Shown: positions 1-7,426, counted from the stretch's first letter. The stretch is DNA of 32,000 nt from Sinorhizobium meliloti (GCF_017876815.1 NZ_JAGIOS010000001.1:3390001-3422000), one strand, 5' to 3'. Made by a program: numbers and translations. The notes: generated by a model from the sequence alone, not told the origin.

Positions 1-12
1 GGCAAGCCGCCG

Positions 13-678
13 TTAGCCGGAAGCAGTCATTTTCTGTACCATACGCTGTCGAGCTGAAGGCGTGAGCTTTTTCCATTGGCCGCTGCGAATCACGGATTGG
101 ATAGCGGCAACCCACACCAGGCGCACGCCTCTTATCGGCGGTGCATTGTGACTCTCTAGATCGAAGGTCCCTCGTTCTGCACCCTGCAGCACGCGCTTCA
201 AGTAACGCTGCCCGGTGGCAGTCTTGACGGCCGCTTCCCAGCCCAAGACCTCCTCCACGACTACACCTTGGCGCCAGCAGATGATGATATCGCCGTCGTC
301 GTAGCGAGGCCACATGGACTCGCCGGTCACCTCGAAAGCTATCGCGTCAGGGGGCAGCGGGAACGGCGTTTCGATTTCATAAAGCCCTTCAGGCGGGATC
401 TGCTCTTCCTCCGGCAAAATTTCGGCTCCTGCTCCGATCCGGCCCATTACCCCAACTACATTGGGTGCTTTGACCGGCGCTTTTGCGAGGATGTCCTGCG
501 CCGCCACATCGAATGCGTGTGCGAACAAGTTGAGGTTCTTGACCGAAAGGTTCCGCTCGCCGTTTTCGAGCCGCGACACATAGGACACGGAGAGGCCGGT
601 CCTCTCTGCCAAATCTTCGATGGTCATGCTGCGTTCGTTGCGGAGTTCGTTTATGCGGTTTGGGTAACTTTTGTCCAT
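13..678 (-). CDS. CI-like prophage repressor, XRE-type HTH plus S24 (LexA-like) self-cleaving peptidase domain
   Basis: ORF 13..693(-). The track start at 693 is TTG, so ATG at 676-678 is preferred. HTH segment MTIEDLAERTGLSVSYVSRLENGERN. S24 signature GESMWPRY with downstream YLKRV (Ser/Lys dyad). Divergent from a Cro-like gene. Confidence 0.9.
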   Translation of the reverse strand: MDKSYPNRINELRNERSMTIEDLAERTGLSVSYVSRLENGERNLSVKNLNLFAHAFDVAAQDILAKAPVKAPNVVGVMGRIGAGAEILPEEEQIPPEGLYEIETPFPLPPDAIAFEVTGESMWPRYDDGDIIICWRQGVVVEEVLGWEAAVKTATGQRYLKRVLQGAERGTFDLESHNAPPIRGVRLVWVAAIQSVIRSGQWKKLTPSARQRMVQKMTASG

Positions 679-760
679 ATGGCAAATTTCCAAAGTTTGA
701 CAAAGAACTCCATGGCCATATAGGCAAAAACTCCTTGACTGCGTTTTGCCTATTTGGCAA
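671..760. promoter_or_regulatory. Three operator-like palindromes TTGCC-N5-GGCAA in the repressor/cro intergenic region
   Basis: Read directly: TTGTCcatatGGCAA 671-685, TGGCCatataGGCAA 713-727, TTGCCtatttGGCAA 746-760. A TTGACA hexamer lies at 697-702, followed 16 nt later by TATAGG (719-724), pointing rightward. Confidence 0.7.
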
Positions 761-769
761 CTTCAGCGT

Positions 770-1021
770 ATGGATGCTTTGTCAACTTACCTCAGCGAGA
801 CGGGCGAGCGGCTATCGGCCTTTGCCGTGCGCATCGGCCGTTCTCCGAGCACACTGTCGCGCGCGCTTTCTGGCCAGCGGGATCCGAGTGTCGATCTTGC
901 GCGAGATGTCGAGAAAGGTACCGCCGGTCGTGTCACAAAACTCCAATTCCTCGAATTGTGCCTTTCGGCGCAAGACCCAGTCGCCATGTCGCGTCGTCAG
1001 ACGCGGGAGGCGGCGGAATGA
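770..1021 (+). CDS. Cro-like / HTH transcriptional regulator
   Basis: ORF 746..1021 (the track start is TTG); ATG at 770 gives MDALSTYLSETGERLSAFAVRIGRSPSTLSRALSG with an HTH pattern. Divergent from the repressor across the operator region. Confidence 0.75.
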   Translation: MDALSTYLSETGERLSAFAVRIGRSPSTLSRALSGQRDPSVDLARDVEKGTAGRVTKLQFLELCLSAQDPVAMSRRQTREAAE

Positions 1022-1078
1022 TGTTCCCCCAGCAAGGCACCGGTCTCCTCCTCCCAACTGGCGACCTTGCCACTTGGC

Positions 1079-1120
1079 AGGGACGCGCCCGATTTCGGCG
1101 CGTCCCTGTCTCTGTTTTTC
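1079..1120 (+). terminator. Intrinsic terminator downstream of cro-like gene
   Basis: Perfect 11-bp stem AGGGACGCGCC (1079-1089) / GGCGCGTCCCT (1097-1107), 7-nt loop, followed by GTCTCTGTTTTTC. Confidence 0.75.
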
Positions 1121-1239
1121 CCTCTGCCTATCCATGCGGCCCTCCTTGATCTGATGGGCTACCCTAAGCCGCCGGCGCGCGGCCTTCACGGAATCCTTTC
1201 GTTTGATTTTTTCCTTGACCCAAACTCAGGGGTGTTTTC

Positions 1240-1695
1240 GTGCGTGCAATTTCTGACGAACATGCATCCATCATCAAGGCCGCTACGGCTGCGGCTTTCG
1301 AGGCGCTCGGCGGAGTTAGCCGGGCAGCCGAGGCGCTCGGCGTCGCCTCCTCGACGCTGAGCAAATATGCCTCCACCGGCGAGGAATGGCGCGACAGCTT
1401 CATCCGCCTCGATCTTGCCGTCGAACTAGACCGGCGGTGCGATCATCCTTTCCTGCTCACTGCCATGTCGCGGATCGTGAAAGACGAGCGCGTTTCGAGC
1501 TTCGGCGCGGTCACCGCCAGCGCAGTCCTGCGCCTGGATGGCGTTCTCGACGATGTCGTACGTGCCGTCGCCGCGGCGCTCGAAGATGACGATCACATCG
1601 ACGCTGCGGAACGACAAGCTATCCGCAACCGCATCGTTGCGGCTCAACAATATCTGGCCCGCCTCGACGCCATGATGATGGCGGGTGCCCGCTGA
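1240..1695 (+). CDS. Phage regulatory protein, CII/CP76-like (putative HTH)
   Basis: GTG start with AGGGG 9 nt upstream. HTH-like GGVSRAAEALGVASSTLSKYAS. General architecture resembles phage CII-type regulators (from memory, not searched). Confidence 0.6.
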   Translation: MRAISDEHASIIKAATAAAFEALGGVSRAAEALGVASSTLSKYASTGEEWRDSFIRLDLAVELDRRCDHPFLLTAMSRIVKDERVSSFGAVTASAVLRLDGVLDDVVRAVAAALEDDDHIDAAERQAIRNRIVAAQQYLARLDAMMMAGAR

Positions 1696-1916
1696 TGCAT
1701 GGCAAACCCAAGAACTCAATCAAGACGGTGACGGCGATCTGCGCACTGTTGCCGGACGACCCGGAAGCTGCCGTCAGCCTTGTCACAGTTGCCTGCGCTG
1801 CTGCCGCCATCACGGCCGGGCTCGACGACGAGGCAACGGTACACGGCCTGCGCGCGGCGCTTATATCCATGCGGGAAAACGGGTTCGGCGACATTGGTCG
1901 CAAGGGGGTGCACTGA
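1695..1916 (+). CDS. Hypothetical early protein
   Basis: 73-aa ORF. Its ATG overlaps the upstream TGA (TGATG at 1693-1697), and its own stop overlaps the next ATG (1914-1918). Confidence 0.55.
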   Translation: MHGKPKNSIKTVTAICALLPDDPEAAVSLVTVACAAAAITAGLDDEATVHGLRAALISMRENGFGDIGRKGVH

Positions 1917-2368
1917 TGGAGCGCGCCACCCTTTCCCCCACGCGCTGGACTGCCAGTGGGCCGGTCGGGCCGCGCGGCATCGCATTGTTGCGGCGGGTGC
2001 GGGCGAGCGGCGACGCATACACGCTCATCCGCAACGTCGACCGTGATGCCGTGGTCAAGGCGCTTGCCGCCGGCTTCGTCGCCTGGGTCTTGCCGGAGCC
2101 GCGACGACGTGCGGCTGACGGCGAGGGGTGCGGAATATCTCGATCGCCTGGCGAGGGTGGAATGAGGTTTTCTGCCCCGCCCTTAAGCTCCTCCGTGCCG
2201 TCGTCGCTGGCGGGGGCCCCGCCGCTCTCCCGCCAGGTCCTCGTCGAGCGCGTCCTGACGCTCTGGGTTCAGGAAAACCGCGACACGCACTCGATCGCAG
2301 CCGAACTCGGCATCGACGAAGACGAAGTCTGCAAGATCATCGAACAATCGGAAGGAAGAAGGCCGTGA
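1916..2368 (+). CDS. Hypothetical early protein with C-terminal HTH-like segment
   Basis: Internal ATG (MERATLSP...) of ORF 1685..2368, coupled to the upstream stop. C-terminus reads THSIAAELGIDEDEVCKIIEQ. Confidence 0.55.
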   Translation: MERATLSPTRWTASGPVGPRGIALLRRVRASGDAYTLIRNVDRDAVVKALAAGFVAWVLPEPRRRAADGEGCGISRSPGEGGMRFSAPPLSSSVPSSLAGAPPLSRQVLVERVLTLWVQENRDTHSIAAELGIDEDEVCKIIEQSEGRRP

Positions 2369-3888
2369 GCGATCAGCTTCCGAAGCTTGGCCCGAAGGCG
2401 CGCGAGATCGTCGACGCAGTGTTGCGGGACGGCATCTATCGCGCATCGAAGGAGTCCGAAATCGCCGTTTGCCGCAATCTGAACAGCCGTCAGCTCCTCT
2501 CTCGCGACAAGAGAGATGGCGCGGTCTGGTATCCGACGGCAAGGCTTTGCGAGCTCGCCGGCGTGACGCCGCCGGAGATCGGGCAGGGGGGCGAGGGCGG
2601 ACCCGGCGCGCCGGATTCCCGGGTTCAACCCGAGCAGGGCGCCGATCGCCCCCCTGCGCCGGCCGAGATCGAGCCTTCGCCGACGGCTGACCTGCCGCCG
2701 CTCACGCGCCTGCAGCATCATCCGCTCGCGGCCCTTTTCCCCATGCTGCCCGACGACGAGCTGCGCCGCCTCGCCGACGATATCGAGGCGAATGGGCAGC
2801 AGGAACCGGTCTGGCTGCTCGACGGAAAGATCCTTGACGGGCGGAATCGCGAGGCGGCTTGCCATCTGGTCGGCATCGACGCCTGGACGAAGGAATACGA
2901 GGGCAAGGACCCGCTCGGCTTCGTGCTCTCGCTCAACCTGCATCGCCGACACCTGACGGAAAGCCAGCGCGCCATGGTGGCGGCACGGATCGTCGATTGG
3001 GAACGCGGCATCAACCAGAGCACAGCCGGGGATGCAAATTTGCACGCCCGCGAGGCAGGGCGCCGGCTTTCGATTTCCGAGCGCGCGGTTAAGGCCGCAA
3101 AGCGGGTGCGCGACCACGGTGTCGAGGCGCTGTCCGATGCCATCCGCGACGGGCGGATCTCCGTTCATGCCGGTGAGGCTCTGAGCCACCTGGAACGGGC
3201 GGCGCAGGAAGAGGCGCTGCGGCTCGAGGAAAAGGAGATTATCCAGCGCGCCAAGGAAATCCGCCAGAAGCGGCAGGAGATCCGTCACGCCGTGCGGCTG
3301 ACGCATATGGCGCATGTGGCCGACGCCGGCTCGTCGACTGCTGGCAAGGTCGACCAGAAGTTCCCGGTCATCTATGCCGATCCGCCGTGGCAGTTCGGCG
3401 TGCGCTCGGAAGTGACGGGACGCGAGAAGAGCGCCGAGAACCATTATCCGACCATGCCGACGGATGCGATCTGCGCGCTCTTCGACGAGATCGGCGCACC
3501 GGCCAAGGCGGATTCCGTCCTCTTTCTTTGGGCGACGAACCCGATGCTGTCCGACGCTTTCCGCGTCATGGCGGCGTGGGGCTTCACCTATGTGCACCAC
3601 TGGATTTGGGACAAGGAAGTGGCCGGAACCGGCTATTGGGGCCGCGACCGGCACGAGCTGCTCCTGATCGGTAGGCGCGGCGACCCGGTTTCGCCACTCC
3701 CCGGCTCGCAACCGGAGACGGTCTATCGCGAGCGGAAGGGCAGGCATAGCGCCAAGCCCGATTACTTCGCCGAGCAGATCGAGCGGCTCTATCCCGCCAT
3801 GCCGCGGCTCGAAATGTTCTGCCGCAGCCCGCGCCCGGGCTGGACGGCATGGGGGTTTGAAGCCGCGACAGAGGAGGCAGCTGAATGA
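2365..3888 (+). CDS. ParB-like nuclease domain / MT-A70 family DNA N6-adenine methyltransferase fusion
   Basis: GTG at 2365 overlaps the upstream TGA (GTGA). ParB-like block: HHPLAALFPMLPDDELRRLADDIEANGQQEPVWLLDGKILDGRNR. MT-A70 block: VIYADPPWQFGVRS...ENHYPTMP...LFLWATN. Confidence 0.85.
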   Translation: MSDQLPKLGPKAREIVDAVLRDGIYRASKESEIAVCRNLNSRQLLSRDKRDGAVWYPTARLCELAGVTPPEIGQGGEGGPGAPDSRVQPEQGADRPPAPAEIEPSPTADLPPLTRLQHHPLAALFPMLPDDELRRLADDIEANGQQEPVWLLDGKILDGRNREAACHLVGIDAWTKEYEGKDPLGFVLSLNLHRRHLTESQRAMVAARIVDWERGINQSTAGDANLHAREAGRRLSISERAVKAAKRVRDHGVEALSDAIRDGRISVHAGEALSHLERAAQEEALRLEEKEIIQRAKEIRQKRQEIRHAVRLTHMAHVADAGSSTAGKVDQKFPVIYADPPWQFGVRSEVTGREKSAENHYPTMPTDAICALFDEIGAPAKADSVLFLWATNPMLSDAFRVMAAWGFTYVHHWIWDKEVAGTGYWGRDRHELLLIGRRGDPVSPLPGSQPETVYRERKGRHSAKPDYFAEQIERLYPAMPRLEMFCRSPRPGWTAWGFEAATEEAAE

Positions 3889-4190
3889 CCTCCATGCTTC
3901 CCATCATCGAGGAACTCGCCGATGCGCCGGATCACAAGGCGCGGGCGCGCTGGCTGCTCGAAGTGCCGCTCGCGGTGATCATCCGCGATCAGGTGACCAT
4001 CCACCGGCTGCTCTCTGCGGCCGGTTTTCACGAGGGCCTTGCCTACTTCGCAGCCGAGATCGCGGCGCTTTCGGCGACGCGCGGCCGGGATGGGCTCGCG
4101 CCGAACACAATCCGCATGACGCGGGAACACGCCCGCATTGGAGTTCAGATCATTGCGCGTAGGGGCACGGAAAAGGGGGCGGTTCTTTGA
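3885..4190 (+). CDS. Hypothetical early protein
   Basis: 101-aa ORF with an ATGA overlap with the methyltransferase stop. Confidence 0.6.
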   Translation: MTSMLPIIEELADAPDHKARARWLLEVPLAVIIRDQVTIHRLLSAAGFHEGLAYFAAEIAALSATRGRDGLAPNTIRMTREHARIGVQIIARRGTEKGAVL

Positions 4191-4195
4191 TGAAA

Positions 4196-4444
4196 CTAGT
4201 ACGCGACAGCAATGCCAATTTCCTTGGCGGCTTCAACAAACGCCCGGCGCGCCAGGTAAGAGGGGGATTGCCCGATCAAAACGTCGGCGCACGTCTGCAC
4301 GGCAAATGTGTAAGCCAACCCGTTTACTGCCGGCCATCGCTCACCCAACAATGTGGCGGCGCTTCGCGTCGTCGCGACACTTTCAATAAAGCCTGTGTCC
4401 GGCAAACGGACGAGCACCGCTTCACTCCACGGACCGACATTCAT
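4196..4444 (-). CDS. DUF982-like small protein (moron on opposite strand)
   Basis: ORF 4196..4531(-). The internal ATG at 4442-4444 has GAGG 6 nt upstream. MNVGPWSEAVLVRL...LLGERWPAVNGLAYTFAVQTCADVL...ARRAFVEAAKEIG matches my recollection of the rhizobial DUF982 pattern. The segment is visibly more AT-rich than its flanks. Confidence 0.65.
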   Translation of the reverse strand: MNVGPWSEAVLVRLPDTGFIESVATTRSAATLLGERWPAVNGLAYTFAVQTCADVLIGQSPSYLARRAFVEAAKEIGIAVAY

Positions 4445-4554
4445 GGCGAGCCTCAATTGCGCGATGCTGCCCAAACGTTCCGTCAGTTGAATGGTTCCGG
4501 CAGAGAGCTTGTGAGCACACCGTTGGCCCAAAAGGCGGCTTTATGGAGCGTGGA

Positions 4555-5808
4555 ATGAGCCAGGAAGCCACAATCCGGCGCGGTGTGCGCAATGCGCGCT
4601 ATGCGGCAATACCGAACCATGTCTTTGAGGATGCGCGGTTGTCGATGGAAGCAAGGTGGCTCTTGAGCTACCTGCTCTCCAAGCCAGACAACTGGACCGT
4701 CGTCATCGGCGATATCATCAAAAAGGGCAATTGCGGGCGCGACAAGGCTCGCAAGATGATCGCCGAGTTGGTCGACATTGGTTATGCAGAGCGCGAACAG
4801 CAGCGCGAGGATGGCAAATTCGGAGCTTCCGTGCTCGTGATCTTCGACGAGCCGCGCTGCGCCACGGCCGCTGAAAACGCTGCCGAAGCGTCTGGTGTTG
4901 CAATTCTACCGCAGACGGATTTACCGGCGACGGCATTACCGGCGCCGGTTTCGCCGGCGCCGGTAAAATCGGCACATAGTAATAACTCAGATTCAGCAAA
5001 TACTGATTATCAGATTCTGAGAGAGGGCGGGCGCGAGGCTCCGGAAGATGGGCAGGAGCCGGAAGACCCGAGGAAGATCGACGCCGCCTTCTGGGCGCTG
5101 GTGAAGGATTGGCCCGGCTTCGCCGGCATGCCGAAAGAGCCGGCGAAGCGGGCGTGGCTCGCGCTGACGGCTGACGAGCGCCGGGAAGCGGCCGAGCGCT
5201 TCCCCCGTTGGCTGCAACTGCTGAAGGCGCAGAAGAAATCCCACACCCCGGCACCATCGACCTATTTCGGCGAAAAGCTCTGGATGGAAGTTCCTGCGCA
5301 GGATGAGGCGGCGAAACCTGCGAACGCCATGGCTGCGCCGTTCGGCAAGCTCTGGTCGGCAACGCGGTTCGCCGAGCTGCTGCTGCCGCCGTCTGGGATC
5401 GTCGCTCCTCCGACGAAGTTCGAACAGATGCAGATCGACGCGGGGCAGGTGTCCCTTGCTGACGTGATGGCCGAGAAGCGCATGCGCGCCGGATGGCCGT
5501 CGGTAAACAGCATGCAGGAGCGGGCACGCTCGGCGCAGGGTTCGATATGCCCGCTGGCGCTTGAAGAGGCGGGGCAGGGCTTCCAGGCGGTGAAGCGTGA
5601 CGGCGAGCTGCTCGCCGCGTGGCAGCGTGAGCACAAGCGGCGCGGCTGGCCCTTTCCGGAAGGGCGCTTGCCTGAGTGGGTCTATTTCCCGGCGATCGAA
5701 GGCGAGGGCGATCTCGACTTCCTCGTGGCCGAAGCAATCGAGCGCTACCGCGAACGAATTTCCGACTATCTCGCGAACAGGAGCAAAGGCGATGATCATG
5801 CAGCGTAG
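4555..5808 (+). CDS. Replication initiator-like protein (N-terminal winged-helix/HTH_36-like domain)
   Basis: ORF 4543..5808. The second ATG (4555) has GGAG 8 nt upstream. YAAIPNHVFEDARLSMEARWLLSYLLSKPDNWTVVIGDIIKKGNCGRDKARKMIAELVDIGY is typical of phage replication/DnaD-like wHTH proteins. Confidence 0.75.
   Translation: MSQEATIRRGVRNARYAAIPNHVFEDARLSMEARWLLSYLLSKPDNWTVVIGDIIKKGNCGRDKARKMIAELVDIGYAEREQQREDGKFGASVLVIFDEPRCATAAENAAEASGVAILPQTDLPATALPAPVSPAPVKSAHSNNSDSANTDYQILREGGREAPEDGQEPEDPRKIDAAFWALVKDWPGFAGMPKEPAKRAWLALTADERREAAERFPRWLQLLKAQKKSHTPAPSTYFGEKLWMEVPAQDEAAKPANAMAAPFGKLWSATRFAELLLPPSGIVAPPTKFEQMQIDAGQVSLADVMAEKRMRAGWPSVNSMQERARSAQGSICPLALEEAGQGFQAVKRDGELLAAWQREHKRRGWPFPEGRLPEWVYFPAIEGEGDLDFLVAEAIERYRERISDYLANRSKGDDHAA
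4921..5020. other. Candidate replication origin inside the initiator gene (15-bp iteron-like repeats plus AT-rich tract)
   Basis: TTACCGGCGACGGCA / TTACCGGCGCCGGTT / TCGCCGGCGCCGGTA in tandem at 4921-4965. Then 4974-5020 has only 14 G/C of 47 nt (hand count), with CAGATTC repeated at 4988 and 5011. Confidence 0.5.
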
Positions 5809-6451
5809 CACGTTTACCGGAAGCCCGATTGCGCTGCAGGGCCCTGATCGTTTCGCCGATCGGATGCGGAGAATCACCGACGGCCTCCTCGACGAGGGCG
5901 CGTTGGTCACGGCGAATCTTCGAATCAATGGCGGCAAAGCGCCGTGGTTTGCGCTTCGGGTCTGGACGGGCCGCGAGAAGACTGTGGAAAACAGTCTCGA
6001 TGCCATGGGCGTGCGGTCGCTCGTGCCGATGCGGAAAGGCCCCGACTTGCGCCGTCGCGGTCGCGTGATCGAGGGGCAGATGATGCCGGTTATCCATGGT
6101 TATGTTCTCGTGCAGATGATGGCACTGTCCGAGTACCTCGCCGGATTGCTGGGCGTCGAGCATGTGATCGATGTGCTTGGCGGGTGCGAGCGCCCCATGC
6201 GCTTGAGCGACAAGGAAGTCAACAGATTCAATGGCCTCGCTCGCAATGGTAATTTTGATTGGGAGCGCCCTGTTCACCTGGTGGTGAGGCCTGGAGAACC
6301 GGTATGGATCACGGCTGGGCCCTTCTGCGATCGAAAGGCAACCGTCGTCACTCGCAGCAGAAAGGGCCGTGGCGACGTGGTGGTCGCTATCGACTTGATG
6401 GGCGGCGAGGTGCCGGTGACAGTGCCTCTTGCTTTGCTCAAGAAGTTGTGA
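5792..6451 (+). CDS. NusG-like (NGN + KOW) transcription antitermination paralog
   Basis: Internal ATG (MIMQRS...) of ORF 5597..6451, overlapping the end of the replication gene. NGN-like: WFALRVWTGREKTVENSLDAMGVRSLVPM...IHGYVLV. KOW-like: GEPVWITAGPFCDRKATVV. Confidence 0.8.
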   Translation: MIMQRSTFTGSPIALQGPDRFADRMRRITDGLLDEGALVTANLRINGGKAPWFALRVWTGREKTVENSLDAMGVRSLVPMRKGPDLRRRGRVIEGQMMPVIHGYVLVQMMALSEYLAGLLGVEHVIDVLGGCERPMRLSDKEVNRFNGLARNGNFDWERPVHLVVRPGEPVWITAGPFCDRKATVVTRSRKGRGDVVVAIDLMGGEVPVTVPLALLKKL

Positions 6452-6620
6452 GAGTCATCGTGCCATTGGATGAGCTGATGATCCTGCAGTGAGCCTCTGA
6501 GAACGCACGAGAGTGCGGGGCGAAAAGCCCGAGGTCGGTACACCGGTCAGCCCCAGCCTGAGAGCCTCGAAGCCGAGGCGCCGATTCAGGGCAAGTGCGA
6601 AAGCTATGACCAGACGACAG

Positions 6621-6642
6621 GCGGCCGAAAGGTCGCGTTTTT
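6621..6642 (+). terminator. Candidate intrinsic terminator in the leader of the late operon
   Basis: GCGGCC-GAAA-GGTCGC (6 bp including one G-T pair, GNRA loop) followed by G TTTTT. Confidence 0.45.
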
Positions 6643-6679
6643 CGTTCAAGGATATGCACACGCTTTTTCGGAGCTGCTG

Positions 6680-7426
6680 ATGATCGATGCTCAGATCAAA
6701 GTCGATCTTCGGCAGTTCAATCGATCCCTGACGGATATCGAGCGGAAGCAGCTGCCCTATGCCATCATGCTCACGCTGAACGAGACGGCCAAGGGCGGTC
6801 GCCTGGAAGTCCAGCGAGAGATGGATAGGGTCTTTGATCGGCCAACCCCTTACGCAAAGCGTGGCGTTGTCTTTGACCGGGCATCGCGGCAGAACCTGCG
6901 GGCAGCGGTTGTTGTGACCGGTGATCGCACCAAGGGCGGCTTGCCTGCCACCGCATTTCTCGGTCCGCAGATCGAAGGTGGCATGCGCACGCATAAGGCC
7001 TTCGAGCGGCAGCTCGTCGATCGTGGTTTGATGCAGCGGAACCTGGTGGCCGTGCCAGCAAAGCGGGCGCCGCTCGATCGCTACGGCAACATGACGCAAG
7101 GGTTTCTCAACCGCGTCATGGCCGACCTGCAGATCGACTATCGTGGAGCTGGTGCGACCCGTACCCGCACATCATCGTCGCTCAAGCGGAACAAGAACTA
7201 CAAAAGCGCTCGGTTCTTCGTGCCGAGGCAGCCTTCGCACCTCTACCCGGGCGTTTACCAGCGTGATCCGGCAACGAACGCCATCCATCCGGTGATCCTG
7301 TTCGTGCCTCAGGTCTCGTATCGCATCCGTCTTCGCCTGCGTGAAGTCGTCGAGCGGTACGTGGTCGCTAACGTCCACGATCATTTCGCCGTCGCCTTCC
7401 AGCGGGCGGTTCGGACGGCCCGATAG
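6680..7426 (+). CDS. Hypothetical phage protein (N-terminus reminiscent of HK97 gp10-type neck/tail-completion proteins; unassigned)
   Basis: 248-aa ORF and the first gene after the leader. KVDLRQFNRSLTDIERKQLPYAIMLTLNETAKGGRLEVQREM resembles gp10-like N-termini, but only loosely. Confidence 0.6.
   Translation: MIDAQIKVDLRQFNRSLTDIERKQLPYAIMLTLNETAKGGRLEVQREMDRVFDRPTPYAKRGVVFDRASRQNLRAAVVVTGDRTKGGLPATAFLGPQIEGGMRTHKAFERQLVDRGLMQRNLVAVPAKRAPLDRYGNMTQGFLNRVMADLQIDYRGAGATRTRTSSSLKRNKNYKSARFFVPRQPSHLYPGVYQRDPATNAIHPVILFVPQVSYRIRLRLREVVERYVVANVHDHFAVAFQRAVRTAR

Noticed and set aside
812-1189. Minus-strand ORF with a perfect AGGAGG-N5-ATG (ATG near 1135) in the cro-proximal gap
   Set aside because: The ORF runs antisense through the terminator and the entire cro gene. 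Its product is Arg-rich low-complexity sequence, so the SD-like hexamer is probably coincidental.
6455-7099. 214-aa minus-strand ORF covering the late leader
   Set aside because: It overlaps the well-formed plus-strand gene 6680..7426, has no motif or SD, and spans the hairpin-rich leader. It was treated as a shadow ORF.
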